A DNA stretch of 64,000 nucleotides from Eledone cirrhosa (lineage: Eukaryota), in contig OZ024744.1 in the NCBI GenBank assembly GCA_964016885.1, positions 38,192,001 through 38,256,000 of the forward strand, given 5' to 3'. The notes beneath the pieces were generated by a model. That model did no database searches and had not been told where the DNA came from. It worked only from the letters and a program-made list of their open reading frames with translations. The position numbers were made by a program, and so were the translations under genes. Of this stretch, positions 30,895 through 43,661 are shown in pieces (positions within the stretch are counted from its first letter, which is position 1; each line of letters starts with the position of its first letter).

Positions 30895-30964
30895 ACACAC
30901 ACACACGCATACTGTCTCTTTCTCTCTCACACACGCATACTGTCTCTTTCTCTCTCACACACAC

Positions 30965-31018
<54 letters not shown>

Positions 31019-31355
31019 TCTCTCTCTTTATCTCTCTCACTCTCTCTCTCTTTCTTACTCTCTCCCTCACACACCACATACACACACTCAAGATTTTGCC
31101 ATATATATAATTTTGGTAAGGTTCAAAAGAACAACAGAAAAATACCGAGTAATCATTTATGAAGCCTTAGTTTCTCGTTAACACACACACACAAACACAC
31201 ACATACACACACACATGCTCTCTCTCTCTCTCTCACACACATTATATATATATAATGTGTGTGTGTGTGTGTGTGTATTTTTGTATGTGGTACAAAATCA
31301 GGAGGTCATATCCAAAGTCGGTAGAGTACCCAGTACAAAGGACGTGTTCAATAAC

Positions 31356-31504
31356 GAGTTAGTTCCACAACAAATTAACAAACCTTACTTGAGAAATTGC
31401 AATTCACACGAAGGATACTTCAACTCGTGTATGGTTATGGTGAGATGAAGAATCCTTCGGGTGAAATGCGTGATCTCAAGTATGGTTTGTTGTGGAACTA
31501 ACTC
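31356..31504. repeat. ~150-bp imperfect palindrome
   Basis: GAGTTAGTTCCACAACAAA / TTTGTTGTGGAACTAACTC plus inner TTCACACGAAGGAT / ATCCTTCGGGTGAA. Confidence 0.8.
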
Positions 31505-31643
31505 CCCCCCCTCTCTCACTCACTCACTTTTAATGCATCAATAAAAATATGTAAAACATTCAAAAACTCTGCATCTAATACATACATACATACATACATA
31601 CATACATACATACATACATACATACATACATACATACATACAT

Positions 31644-31890
31644 AGTGGCTGCAAGCTCTGATAAGAGTATTGTAATCGCTTGTCATATTCAGATGTGTGA
31701 CAATCGGATATGGTTTTCAAGCCTGCTAGAGACTTGCACTCCTTCGCACATTGACGACAACTATAGATCTCCCTGGCCCAAGGTCTTGCATCAAGTAGCC
31801 TGTGAACCTTCACAATACCGTGGAGATCATAGTTCACTGGTTCTCTTTGGACATGGCTGCGACTGTGGCTCCTGAGACAAAATTTGCTCA
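31644..31890 (-). mobile_element. 3' fragment of a LINE (RTE-like) with C2H2-like finger and (TATG)n tail
   Basis: YSCRQCAKECKSLAGLK resembles a C-terminal CxxC...GLxSH finger; ATAC repeats on both sides. Confidence 0.5.
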
Positions 31891-32860
31891 AGCATACATA
31901 CATATATTCAAACATACATACAAACATGAGACCAGATTTGCGCAAGCATTCATACATACATACATACATACATACATACATACATACATACATACATACA
32001 TACATACATACATACATACAAAAATACATACAAAAATACATACAAAAATACATAGAAACATGAGAACTAACTGATTAGAAATACACGATGTTAGGCGTAG
32101 AGCACACAAAATGTAATTTGTTGAGTCAGAATGAAACTGGTTATGAATGAAATTGTCAGTCTCAATAAGTTATAATAGACGCCTGAATCGTTAGTCAGCC
32201 ATTACAGATGAAAACTATAATGGCTCTAATAGACTATTTTCTGTAACCAATATACGGTAAAAGCTTCTAATTTTCTTTTCAAATATAAATAGCTGAAACT
32301 TCCTGTTGAAACGGCAAGAGGTCAGCCGTCGCAGTGCTGACTCATTCGTATTACTATACTCTACTTAGCCAACTATCGAGTACTCTGGTGATTAATTCAC
32401 CAGAGTACTCGATAGTAATGGTCCAACCAGTTTCATTGTTATATATATATATAAAAAGTAAGTCCATAGAATCATTAGATAAAATATATACAGTATTTTT
32501 TCTCCCAATCAGTATAAATCAACCACACAAAAAATCATTTAAACGAGACTATAAGTTTAAAATATACTTATGAAGAAACAATAGATAAATGATATAGCTT
32601 TTTAACCGCGGATCACAGCTACAGAAAAATTTACCTAGTATTTCTAATAGCCTGTAGAAATTGACTAGACATAGTTAACCATACATAATTAGGTACAAAA
32701 TCAAAGTTAGAAGAAAAAAATGTACATAAACCTACCAAAATCATCAAAATATCTCTACTCCCGGCGGCTTCATTCCATTTTTGGATATATCCGATCTTCG
32801 ATAAGTCAACGAGGTTGGAAATCATTACGAGATAAACTCAATATATATATATATATATAT

Positions 32861-32987
32861 GTTTAACTCTTTAATATATATATATATGTTTAACTCTTTA
32901 ATATATATATATATATATATGTTTAACTCTTTAATATATATATATATGTTTAACTCTTTAATATATATATATATATATGTTTAACTC

Positions 32988-33030
<43 letters not shown>

Positions 33031-33078
33031 TAACTCTTTAATATATATATATATATATATATATTAAAGAGTTAAACA
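32861..33078. repeat. Six GTTTAACTCTTTAA units spaced by variable (TA)n, then one inverted unit
   Basis: Copies at 32861, 32888, 32921, 32948, 32979, 33028; reverse complement at 33064-33077. Confidence 0.95.
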
Positions 33079-34535
33079 AGATTCAATGAGTATATCAAAG
33101 AATGAGTTTTACAGTAGATTGGAAGCACTCTACGGTAAATAATTTTCCAGAGTTATTAATATTAAAATACAAATATTAATAAAATAGATGTTGTTTTGAT
33201 CAATTACATTTTATTATACATATTTTGGATGTACAACAGTACGTCCTCATCAGACAAAATATAATGATACATGACATACCCTCAGATGTTAAATGGTTAA
33301 GATTTAATCAAGGTACTGATTAACCTAAGAGAAAGTTTAACATTTACCCTAATAATGAGAATATGCGAAAACGTAATAAATTCAATAGAGAATGTGTGAG
33401 TAAGAAAAACGTTGCTTAATGTAACTGTTATAGAGATTTTAAAATGTATGATACTACACTTTATGTTTATCTGGGAAAACAGGATATATAGAGAGGGAAA
33501 GATAAGGGGTAATATATGTGGAAGGAGATTTTCCGAAAGTTAAACGGTTAAGTTTGAAAATATTTAATTTATGCTATTTTAGGGTGAAGAATCAAGATTT
33601 TAGGTTATTTTTAAATTGCTGGTTATTTATATTTATTAATTTTGTAAATTCAATAAGTGTGTTAACATTTCTAAACTTCGGAATTTTTTGAGGATAACAT
33701 TTAAAGGATTTAGCTGGTCAGCGGAAGGAAAGTTTACACTGTTGAATATTTTCCTAAATGTAAACTTTACCGAAGATAATCATTGTCAACATATATGGTA
33801 TGTAAATCTTATGAAGTACTTATTGTTAGAAATATTTAAATAACGATTATGTATATAGATATATATTAATGAGCCAGTATATTTTAGGTAAATGATAACG
33901 AAAATAAAAATAAAATAATAGATTGAGGCATGCTAAAGTTAAATATATACCTATATATAACAGGGTGTAAATTCATTAATTATTCATAGTTCGAAATAAA
34001 TAATAATCAAGAAATTTAGAAGTTAACTAAAAATTATGTTTAGAAAGATACAGGGAGGTATATATGGATATAAATTATGTATTATTGATACAGTATACTT
34101 TAGGTAATTGATAACGGTTATAATTTTATATAATAAAGTTCGAACGTGTTAAATACATATATATATATAAGAAAAACAATAATAAATGCATGGATAATTC
34201 AGAGTTCAAAATAATGTTTATAATAATTTATAATTTGGATATTTGCTCAATATTTGAATCATGGATATAAAAATACAGTAGGTATCTTTAAAAAATGTAG
34301 AAAATATAATTACATACATATTATAAATAAGAGATCAAAAACACATGAAAGATTCACAGTTAGAAATAAGTTCCGTAAAAATGTATGGGTTGGATATTAA
34401 ACTAAAATTTAAAACTTAGATAGGAAGATAAAGATAGAGAAATAAAGAAATAATGGTATGGTTAATAATAATATGTTATGTATATCAATGATCCGGCATG
34501 TTATTGAACAAGTGTCATTCATTCGAGCGTTATTT
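33064..34535 (-). mobile_element. Decayed Penelope-like element 3' region (putative)
   Basis: Ends at (TA)n, hammerhead ~140 nt from the end, very AT-rich body; no recognisable intact RT or GIY-YIG ORF; right boundary uncertain. Confidence 0.4.
33203..33265 (-). ncRNA. Type I hammerhead with G12A lesion
   Basis: ATTATATTTTGT-CTGATGA-GGAcGTAC tgtt GTACaTCC-aAAA-TATGTA-TA-ATAAAATGTAAT; 12-bp stem I including G-U pairs. Confidence 0.7.
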
Positions 34536-34557
34536 TTTATAGATAGTTATAAGATAA

Positions 34558-35085
34558 CTTTCTTTTTATTTGCCACCAGGGCATCAAAAAGTGGGACAAG
34601 TACAATGGGGGGAGTTTACATAAAAAGGCGTCCTCAATAAGGAGGAGGCAATAACAAGACCGATCCGGTTGACCACCGAGTCTATTGTAACGATCAAGCC
34701 GCCTCTCCTCTTCGAAAACGAAGGAGAGGCGGTGTTTCTGTGCGTAATAGCCATGGCGAAAGAGGTTGTATGGTGGACGCGTCTGAAAGGACTGTGGTCA
34801 GACACCTTTCTCTCTGGCCAACAACTGGTCCGTTTCTTCCGATATCATTTCAGGATGGAGAGAGAGATGCTGCACCCCAGCCGTTTTTATGAAAGATGGG
34901 TGAAAGTGGCGAGAATGGCCTGTGTGAATGGGCCTTCACTCTACATCAGACTATAGGTGAGGAAGATAAAAGATCAAGGGAGCACCCCCTCTCTGTGGTC
35001 CTGAGGAGAAGGGTTGCACACTTTTTTTCGGGGGTGTGAGCGACCCCCCAAGGCGCCTCCTCCCTATTGATGATTTTGTTACTAA
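34558..35085. mobile_element. L1/Tx1-like LINE 3' fragment with 5' inversion and 19-bp TSD
   Basis: TSD ATAGATAGTTATAAGATAA at 34539-34557 and 35086-35104; ORF end AKEVVWWTR..FYERW on plus; AATAAA/A-rich end on minus at left. Confidence 0.8.
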
Positions 35086-35318
35086 ATAGATAGTTATAAG
35101 ATAATGCAAGATTAAAGGCCATTAATGTTTTTCCCTGTTGATTATATACGTCTGATAACCAAGTTTTTAATGGTTAAGTGTTTCTCTCTCTTTTTTTCTC
35201 GTTTTGTGGGAGGCTAAGAATGTGGACGTAGCTTTATGGAAGCAACTAGAGAATAATTCACTTTTTTGTTAATATATATATATCCGTATGTAGTTGACGG
35301 CTGAGAGAAAAGAATTGT

Positions 35319-35368
35319 TCTTGTCTGATGATACTGTGGTGAACAGGCGTAACTCCAGCATAACAAGA
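35319..35368 (+). ncRNA. Degenerate type I hammerhead
   Basis: TCTTGT-CTGATGA-taCTGT ggtga ACAGgc-GtAA-..-TA-ACAAGA; 6-bp stem I, stem III decayed. Confidence 0.45.
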
Positions 35369-35439
35369 CTCAATATTTAGCCTTTATACATATATATGTG
35401 TATGTGTGGCGCGCATGTGTGTGTATGTGTGTATGTATG

Positions 35440-35580
35440 CAAAATGTAAACAGAAATAACAAATTAAATAACACAGTGCATTGAAGTAATATGTCAGCTT
35501 AATGCTTGATATTGTAGGAAAAGAGTCATAACTTTTCGGACATTAATACTTCATCAGAAGATAGAATGAGAAATAAAAGA
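35440..35580 (-). mobile_element. Hammerhead family D, degenerate copy
   Basis: Homologous to ~38633-38770; minus TCTT-CTGATGA-...CC-GAAA at 35526-35561. Confidence 0.55.
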
Positions 35581-35835
35581 TGTAATAGAAAGATTGTGAG
35601 TGAGAAGAGGACGGAAAGGAAAAGAATTATTTTTTAGAAAAGTACATGTGTATTCATATACATACATATGTATATATATATATATGTGTGTGTTCGGTAA
35701 TTCCGAAGGAAAAGCAAAGGAAAAAAGAGTGCTCTATGTATAGAACAGAGCTATTTAATTATATATATATATAAAGGGAGAGAGGGAGAAAGAGAGTGAG
35801 AGAGAGAGAAGAGAGAGAGAGTGAGAGAGAGAGAG

Positions 35836-35891
<56 letters not shown>

Positions 35892-36314
35892 GGAGAGAGA
35901 GAAAGAGAGCGAGGTAGATAGATAGATTGGCACATACCATACATAAAGTCACACACACATACATAGAGTACATACAACTGAAAGTAAAACTCTTGCTTTG
36001 CTACTGATTCAGATAAGAGTAGGTTTTATAAAAATTGCATCTCTAACACAATATTTATCAGGAAACCTAGTAAACATGGCTCTCGGGTAATTACTTTAAT
36101 CTTACAGAGATGTTGCTATAGAAGTAGAGAACGGATATAAATCTCATTGTTGATTAGATTTAATAATTAAATTATTATTATGTTGTTGTTGGTTTTTTAC
36201 TTTCTTATTTAAATATCTTAGTTTACTTTATTTCTTTCCATTTTGCGTTATATCTTCTCTTTGCAAACAGATTCTTATCATCGCTTTTAATGTACAGTTA
36301 AAATGCTGCGATGT

Positions 36315-36447
36315 TTCTTTCCTTCTTTCTTTCTTTCTTTCTTTCTTTATTTCTTTCTTTATTTATTTCCTTCTTTCTTTCTTTCTTTCTTTCTTTCTTT
36401 ATTTCTTTCTTTCCTTCTTTCCTTCTTTCTTTATTTCCTTCTTTCCT

Positions 36448-36479
<32 letters not shown>

Positions 36480-36955
36480 GCTTTTTTTCTTTCCTTCTTT
36501 CTTTCAATCGTTCTTTCCTTTTTGTCTTTCCATCTATGCGTCTGTCTTTTTGTCATTCATCCTTCCTTCGCTTTCTTCCTTTATTTATGTATTCATTTAT
36601 TTATTTATTGCTTTCTTTCTTTTTTCATTTCTTCTGTTTGTTTTTCTATCTGTTTCCTTTTTCTCTTTTTTTTCTATCAATTGTTTTTCTTCTTCTTCTT
36701 CTTCTTCTTCTTCTTCTTCTTCTTCTTCTTCTTCTTCTTCTTCTTCTTCTTCTTCTTCTTCTTCTTCTTCTTCTTCTTCTGCTTCTTCTTCTTCTTCTTC
36801 TTCTTCTTCTGCTCCTCCTCTCCTCCTCCTCCCCCCCTCCCCCCTCCTCCCCCCTCCTCCTCCTCCCCTTCCTCCTCACCCTCCCCATTCTCCTTCTCCT
36901 CCTCCTTCTTCTCCTCCTTCTTCTCCTCCTTCTTCTCCTCCTTCTCCCTTCCTTC
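36315..36955. repeat. Compound polypyrimidine tract (CTTT)n/(CTT)n/(CCT)n
   Basis: Directly visible; near-perfect (CTT)n at ~36687-36810. Confidence 0.95.
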
Positions 36956-37405
36956 ATACCTACAGGTATCACTAATACAATCTTCAGCTTCTGATGGGAG
37001 CCTCTATGTGATTCTTCTCTTACGAAAAATTGTAGTTTAAATCTCTCTTATAAAATACACCTTACCTTGTTTCGTTTTTTCCCCCTTTAAAATAGGCAAC
37101 GGGGAAGAGGGTGATGACATATGGAAATGAATATATATATATATACAACGCCATTTTGTGTATATATGAAACCTTGTTTCTCCCAGTAATGTTTTTACTT
37201 CAACTGAAGCAACACAATGATTAACTTAAAACATCATAGTAGGATTTTAATTATATAGAATCACTTTCTAGACTGAAAATTTGGAGGAAATTTTCTGTGG
37301 TGTGAAGAAATAGTGAACAATGTCAGGATTTAAATGTAGAGATACACAAGGAAAAATACTGTAATTCATTGAATCCATCTGTTATTTCTGTCTCTTCATC
37401 ATGAT

Positions 37406-37486
<81 letters not shown>

Positions 37487-37511
37487 CATATATATATATA
37501 TATATATTATT

Positions 37512-37656
<145 letters not shown>

Positions 37657-37716
37657 CATTTTTTAACGGTAATGTAAATGCATATACGAAATGATTTGTA
37701 GCGGTAAAAAAGTTTC

Positions 37717-37828
37717 TCATATTTTCATTAATTCTGATGAATCCAATCAATGGATTATATAATCACTTAACTAATAATTAATTAAATATCCTGTGAGATA
37801 GAAGAAACGTGCGTTAATTAAAATATGA
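37717..37828 (+). ncRNA. Type I hammerhead candidate, long degenerate stem II
   Basis: TCATATTT..TAATT-CTGATGA(37734-40)...GAAA(37804-07)-CGTGCG-TT-AATTA-AAATATGA; lies between TA tracts. Confidence 0.5.
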
Positions 37829-37883
37829 TATAATTAACAGTATGTAGTCTTATTTTCAATGTTAATATGTATATATATACATA

Positions 37884-38553
37884 TCTGTATATATATAAAG
37901 ACGAAGTTTTCTGTGTGTGTGTGAACAATTTTTAATGAGGGCTCATATATTTTAAACCATTCATGCGATTTCTTTGAAGTTTTTTACAGAGCTTCTCCTT
38001 GCAAAAAACTGTAGATGATCTCCAAAGGCCTTCAAAAATCAATATTGGGGCCTTTGGAGACATTTTAAAAAGTTTCGGTTATTTGTGTGAATTTTCGTGA
38101 TTAAGTAAGACAAGAGTTATCTTTTGTAATTCGGCTCATTTGGATTTTAATTTACTCTTTGTACTTGAAAGAAAAGGTACGCTTCCTTGAGACTAACAAT
38201 ATCATTTTGTATATTTTACAACCAGCAATTTCTAACAGATTACTAAGTTATAGATTTGACATTGTATAATTTATCGTTTCAAACTTGATGTTCATACATT
38301 AACTTTTACAATATTATGCTTTGTACATAATAGTGTCTATTATTCACTTCACTTCTCTATTTCATGATGCGCTTTTACTGTTGTCAAACAGACGCCGAGC
38401 TCACATATTAATTATTTCGCTGGAATAGTGGCTAAGGTTTTCATGTTTACATAAAGTACGTTTTTCTTCTATGTATTCAAATTTACTTTGTTTAGTTTAA
38501 TGAGCTACATCTAAAGCTACTTGAACCGTCCAAGGGACGGGTAGTTTAGCTAT
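37884..38553 (+). mobile_element. Non-autonomous Helitron-like element
   Basis: A|TC 5' end; subterminal hairpin CCGTCC-aag-GGACGG (38526-38540) about 10 nt before CTAT|T (CTRR-like); no TSD. Confidence 0.65.
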
Positions 38554-38594
<41 letters not shown>

Positions 38595-38717
38595 ATGTGT
38601 GTATGTGTGTGTGTGTGTGTGAGTGTGTGTGTAAAAGGTAAACAGAATTAACAATACAATCGGTACAGTATATGGAAGGGATATATTAGGTTAACGCTTG
38701 AAATAGCAGGAAGAGGG

Positions 38718-38753
38718 TCTTAACGTTTCGGACGCTAGTCCTTCATCGGAAGA
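38718..38753 (-). ncRNA. Minimal type I hammerhead (family D), U4C variant
   Basis: TCTT-CCGATGA-a-GGAC tagc GTCC-GAAA-CG-TT-AAGA; palindromic AACGTT. Confidence 0.7.
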
Positions 38754-38844
38754 AAGAATGAGGAATAAGATAGATTGAAGAGACGGGCGGGTTGTAATTG
38801 GAAAAAATGTCTTTAGATAAAAATAACAGGTTCATTCATGTTGA

Positions 38845-38909
<65 letters not shown>

Positions 38910-39599
38910 CAATGAGAGATATATGAAAGAAATCGTTGAAAAGCATTTTCATTTTTCATCGTTCGTTCTTTTGCTTAAATTTGCCTCTTAACGACTTTAC
39001 TTTTCATCTCTCTGTAACAGTAACCTATAAATTTCTTTCATATGTTTAGGTAGATTTATAGACTGCACCCAGTCCCTACGTATGTCTCGTCACATGTAAT
39101 ATTGCCAAAACACTGTATGCCATTATTTCTCTCTGTTCAATTGGTGACAGACTTTACAACTCTTGTTTGTGTTCGTCCTTTAACCACCATATAATTTATT
39201 TCGACTACTACTGGTATATTCAGTCCCATTAGAGAAGTCTTACATACAGTTAACTGTAATTTATTGTATTTTCCATTCAGTCATAGACCAGCTTGTCTTA
39301 TTTTAATCGATTGTAATATTTTATAAATATCATTTATTTCTGCAAAAAGCGTTAGAGTAGCCGATAGAAATATAACACCGTATAAATTGTTCTCTGTGGT
39401 ATATTGTTACGTCCGTTACTTTGTGTGTTCAAAATCGAGCCAAAGTTGATCTTGTCTATTTTCATCGCTCCTAGATGCCAAAAAAATGCACCACTGGAAT
39501 CAGTTCAACCGGTTCTATTCTTACTCTGCAGTATATGGCCTCGTGCCAACAAGAGAAATCAATATTTGCTTTTATAACCTATGTATATCTGGTTATACA

Positions 39600-40232
<633 letters not shown>

Positions 40233-40835
40233 TCATCTATGTGTGTAGCAGCGTGTATATATTTATACAATTTTGTACATACATAATATGTTACCATATT
40301 CCCAATGACATACACTACCCATGATTTTCAAATAATTTTGAAAGGATTTTGAAATTTAGAGGGATTTTGTAATATAAATAATAAACGTTGGTGTTTGGAC
40401 TATAACTTAACAAAGGTTCCTACATAATATTATGATCGAAACCTTTTAGATTAATATAAACATTTTAAACAAACTGCTCAGTATTATAGAACCAGGGGTG
40501 ATTTCATATATGTTTGGTACCAAAATAGTTAAAAGGATATAAGAACTGAATATTTTTCCAACATTGAAAGAAACCAAGATCGTTATTCATTTATATGTTC
40601 CTTCGTGAAGAAAATACGATTCCGTTACATTAATAAAATGAGGAAACGGCAAAAATAACAAACAAAGGAAATAATAAGCGGGACAGGTTGTGTTATCGAA
40701 GGTTCGATCAAAAGTGCTTATAACACGTTCCGGAATATTAGTTAAATATTACGAGTGACAGAAAGAGAACAGGATAAACAGCAGGTATTCTAGGAAAGTA
40801 TAATAAATTAAAACAAATTCTCTATTAATATTAAT

Positions 40836-40935
40836 GCCGAGGTTGACTTTGCCTTTCATCCTTACGGGGTCGATAAAATAAAGTACCAGTAATGTACTGG
40901 TTAATTGCTGGCCTTGTGCCTAAAGTAGAAACAAA
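40836..40935 (+). mobile_element. SINE family 1, 5'-truncated (other partial copies ~41710-41795, 52370-52620, 55045-55170, 60525-60660)
   Basis: GCCTTTCATCCTTACGGGGTCGATAAAATAAAGTACCAG; AATATTAATG on both flanks. Confidence 0.85.
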
Positions 40936-41337
40936 TATTAATGTGTGTCTGTAAATAAATACACCAGGTCTGAACACAAAGGAACTAAACTACCGCTGTC
41001 ACTGCCTCTGTCTCTCCCCTGCCAGATGTGAATCGCCTTAAATTAACTAACTGTACAGTCGAACAATACGATGTTGGTAATTTTCTACCGTAACATTATG
41101 TATGTGAGTTGAATGAACTTTTGAAAAATTCCTTATGTGAACGTATATTGTTATCATTCAGTAGATCCATCACATTTTTGTTTGACTGCGTGTGTTATAT
41201 AGTGTTAAGCAGCATATATATATATATGTAGATAAATCTACAAAAAAATGATCGTAAAATGATGAATTTTTTAATATAAGGAACTGTTTCTTTGTTTTTA
41301 TTCATTATTTTTATTAATTTATATATATATATATATA

Positions 41338-41637
<300 letters not shown>

Positions 41638-41849
41638 ATATTTATTTATCCTTATCGAGCCCTCTTCGGATTTTAGTCTTCACGTTTATTATTATTACTA
41701 TGCTATATTCGACCCCGTAAGGGGGTCGATAAAATAAAGCATCAGTAATGTACTGGGTAATTGCTGGCTTTATGCCTAAAGTAGAAACAATTATTATTAC
41801 TATATTCATATAAATCGGGATGGTTTCGTAAGAAACTGGTTAGACAATT

Positions 41850-42003
41850 ACTCAGCAGAGTACTCAAAATACGTGGGTTAGGAGAGTATGGTTATAAGAA
41901 TGAGTCAGGTTCCCGACTACTGACCTCTTGCCGTTCCAACAGCTAGAAAGGGAACTAGCTGTTGGAACCGCAAGAGGTCAGGTAGCGGAGTCCTGACTCA
42001 TTC

Positions 42004-42006
<3 letters not shown>
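41850..42006. repeat. Palindrome family C (related sequence at ~32300-32425 and ~55320-55370)
   Basis: TAAGAATGAGTCAGG..CTGACCTCTTGC..CCAACAGCTAG pairs with CTAGCTGTTGG..GCAAGAGGTCAG..CCTGACTCATTCTTA. Confidence 0.8.
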
Positions 42007-42069
<63 letters not shown>

Positions 42070-42083
42070 CTCTCTCTCTCTCC

Positions 42084-42147
<64 letters not shown>

Positions 42148-42259
42148 GTACATATATACGTACATATATATATGTGCATATACGTACCTATATATATGTG
42201 TGCATGTATATATATATATATACTACTGTACGTCTGTATACATATATGTATGCACGTAT

Positions 42260-42331
<72 letters not shown>

Positions 42332-42751
42332 TTAAGGATACTATTTATGTTTATGTATGTAATAAAGCCTTTTATGGTTATATATTTGTTATACAAACCC
42401 TAAATAGTGAAAGATAGTCATTAATTACTATCTTATTACCAGTAAGATAAATAGCTCAATGTAGTAACATCTGTTGTTTTACAGAGCAGTTATATAGAGA
42501 TTACAATAATCAAAGTTTAGTTTAAATCATTTATTTGCTTACAATTGTTTCCTCCAAACCGAGGTTTGGATTCTTCGGAGCAACTATTAAGTGATCTATA
42601 ACATACTTGACCTCCTTTTCAACACAAAAGACATATAAAAACATATGCACATATTGACCCACAGTGGGATGACATTACATCAAAATGATACAGCATGGCA
42701 ATTTACATATAAAGGCTAAAGGATTAAAAAAAAAATAATAATAAAAAAAAT

Positions 42752-42783
<32 letters not shown>

Positions 42784-43035
42784 AAAGATAAAAATAAAGA
42801 TAAAAATGAAGCATTGGCAGCTTATGAAGATAAAGCAAGAGGAAAGTTTAGAGTAGTCAGTGTATGAAACAATCTCAAGTGTAGCATGCACGCGTGTCTT
42901 ATTTATACAGGATTAGAGTGCGTCAGATTGTTACTTGGAGGGTCAGGCAGATGAAGCAGGCAATCGATATTATTATGTGGGCTGAATTATTAAATCATGT
43001 ATGATATACAATCCCATTTGGGATTGTATATCATA

Positions 43036-43121
43036 CAAGGACACAACGCGCCACTGAGAATCGAACTCACGACCTTACGATTGTGAGCCGTATGGCCTAA
43101 CTACAAAGCCACGCCTCTTCA
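43036..43121 (-). mobile_element. tRNA-SINE head truncated at a perfect hairpin (42998-43037)
   Basis: Minus GGCGTGGCTTTGTAGTTAG...GAGTTCGATTCTC...GTGTCCTTG. Confidence 0.8.
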
Positions 43122-43611
43122 CCAATCCCTATTATATTGTAATATTGACAACTACGTTCTTTCAGAATAGAATACTAAGCCGGTCGTAACTAGTAATATC
43201 TCCATATTTAACGGTCTATATTCAGTAAAAAAATGTTAACGTGAAACCCCGTCGTCATATCGAACTTAATATATACACTCTGCTATACTGTGGAATGTTC
43301 ATATTTGCAGGACCCGATTTAGACTTTGGGGGCACGTCAGGTTGGGCGGAGCGCTCATACACAAAAATGAGAATGAACAGCAAAACCCCAATGTTGCACA
43401 TGAAAGCCAGCTTGGCGCAAGTAATTGGAGTTGAAAGGTTATACATACAGCTATTAAATTCAAAACATAATAAAACTAAAAATCCCAGCTGAGGGCACAA
43501 ATAAGTCAGGGGGAGGAGCTATTGCCCTCTTTGCTCTCCATTATATACGGCCCTTCCCTGCATAGTGGTACCACCTCTAATAATCAACAAAATTACTAAA
43601 TAACCTAAACG

Positions 43612-43661
<50 letters not shown>

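Noticed and set aside
32861-33041. Repeat-spacer array resembling CRISPR
   Set aside because: Repeats are only 14 bp and the spacers are pure (TA)n.
43287-43560. MITE with CAGG..CCCT termini
   Set aside because: TIRs too degenerate, no TSD, single copy in window.
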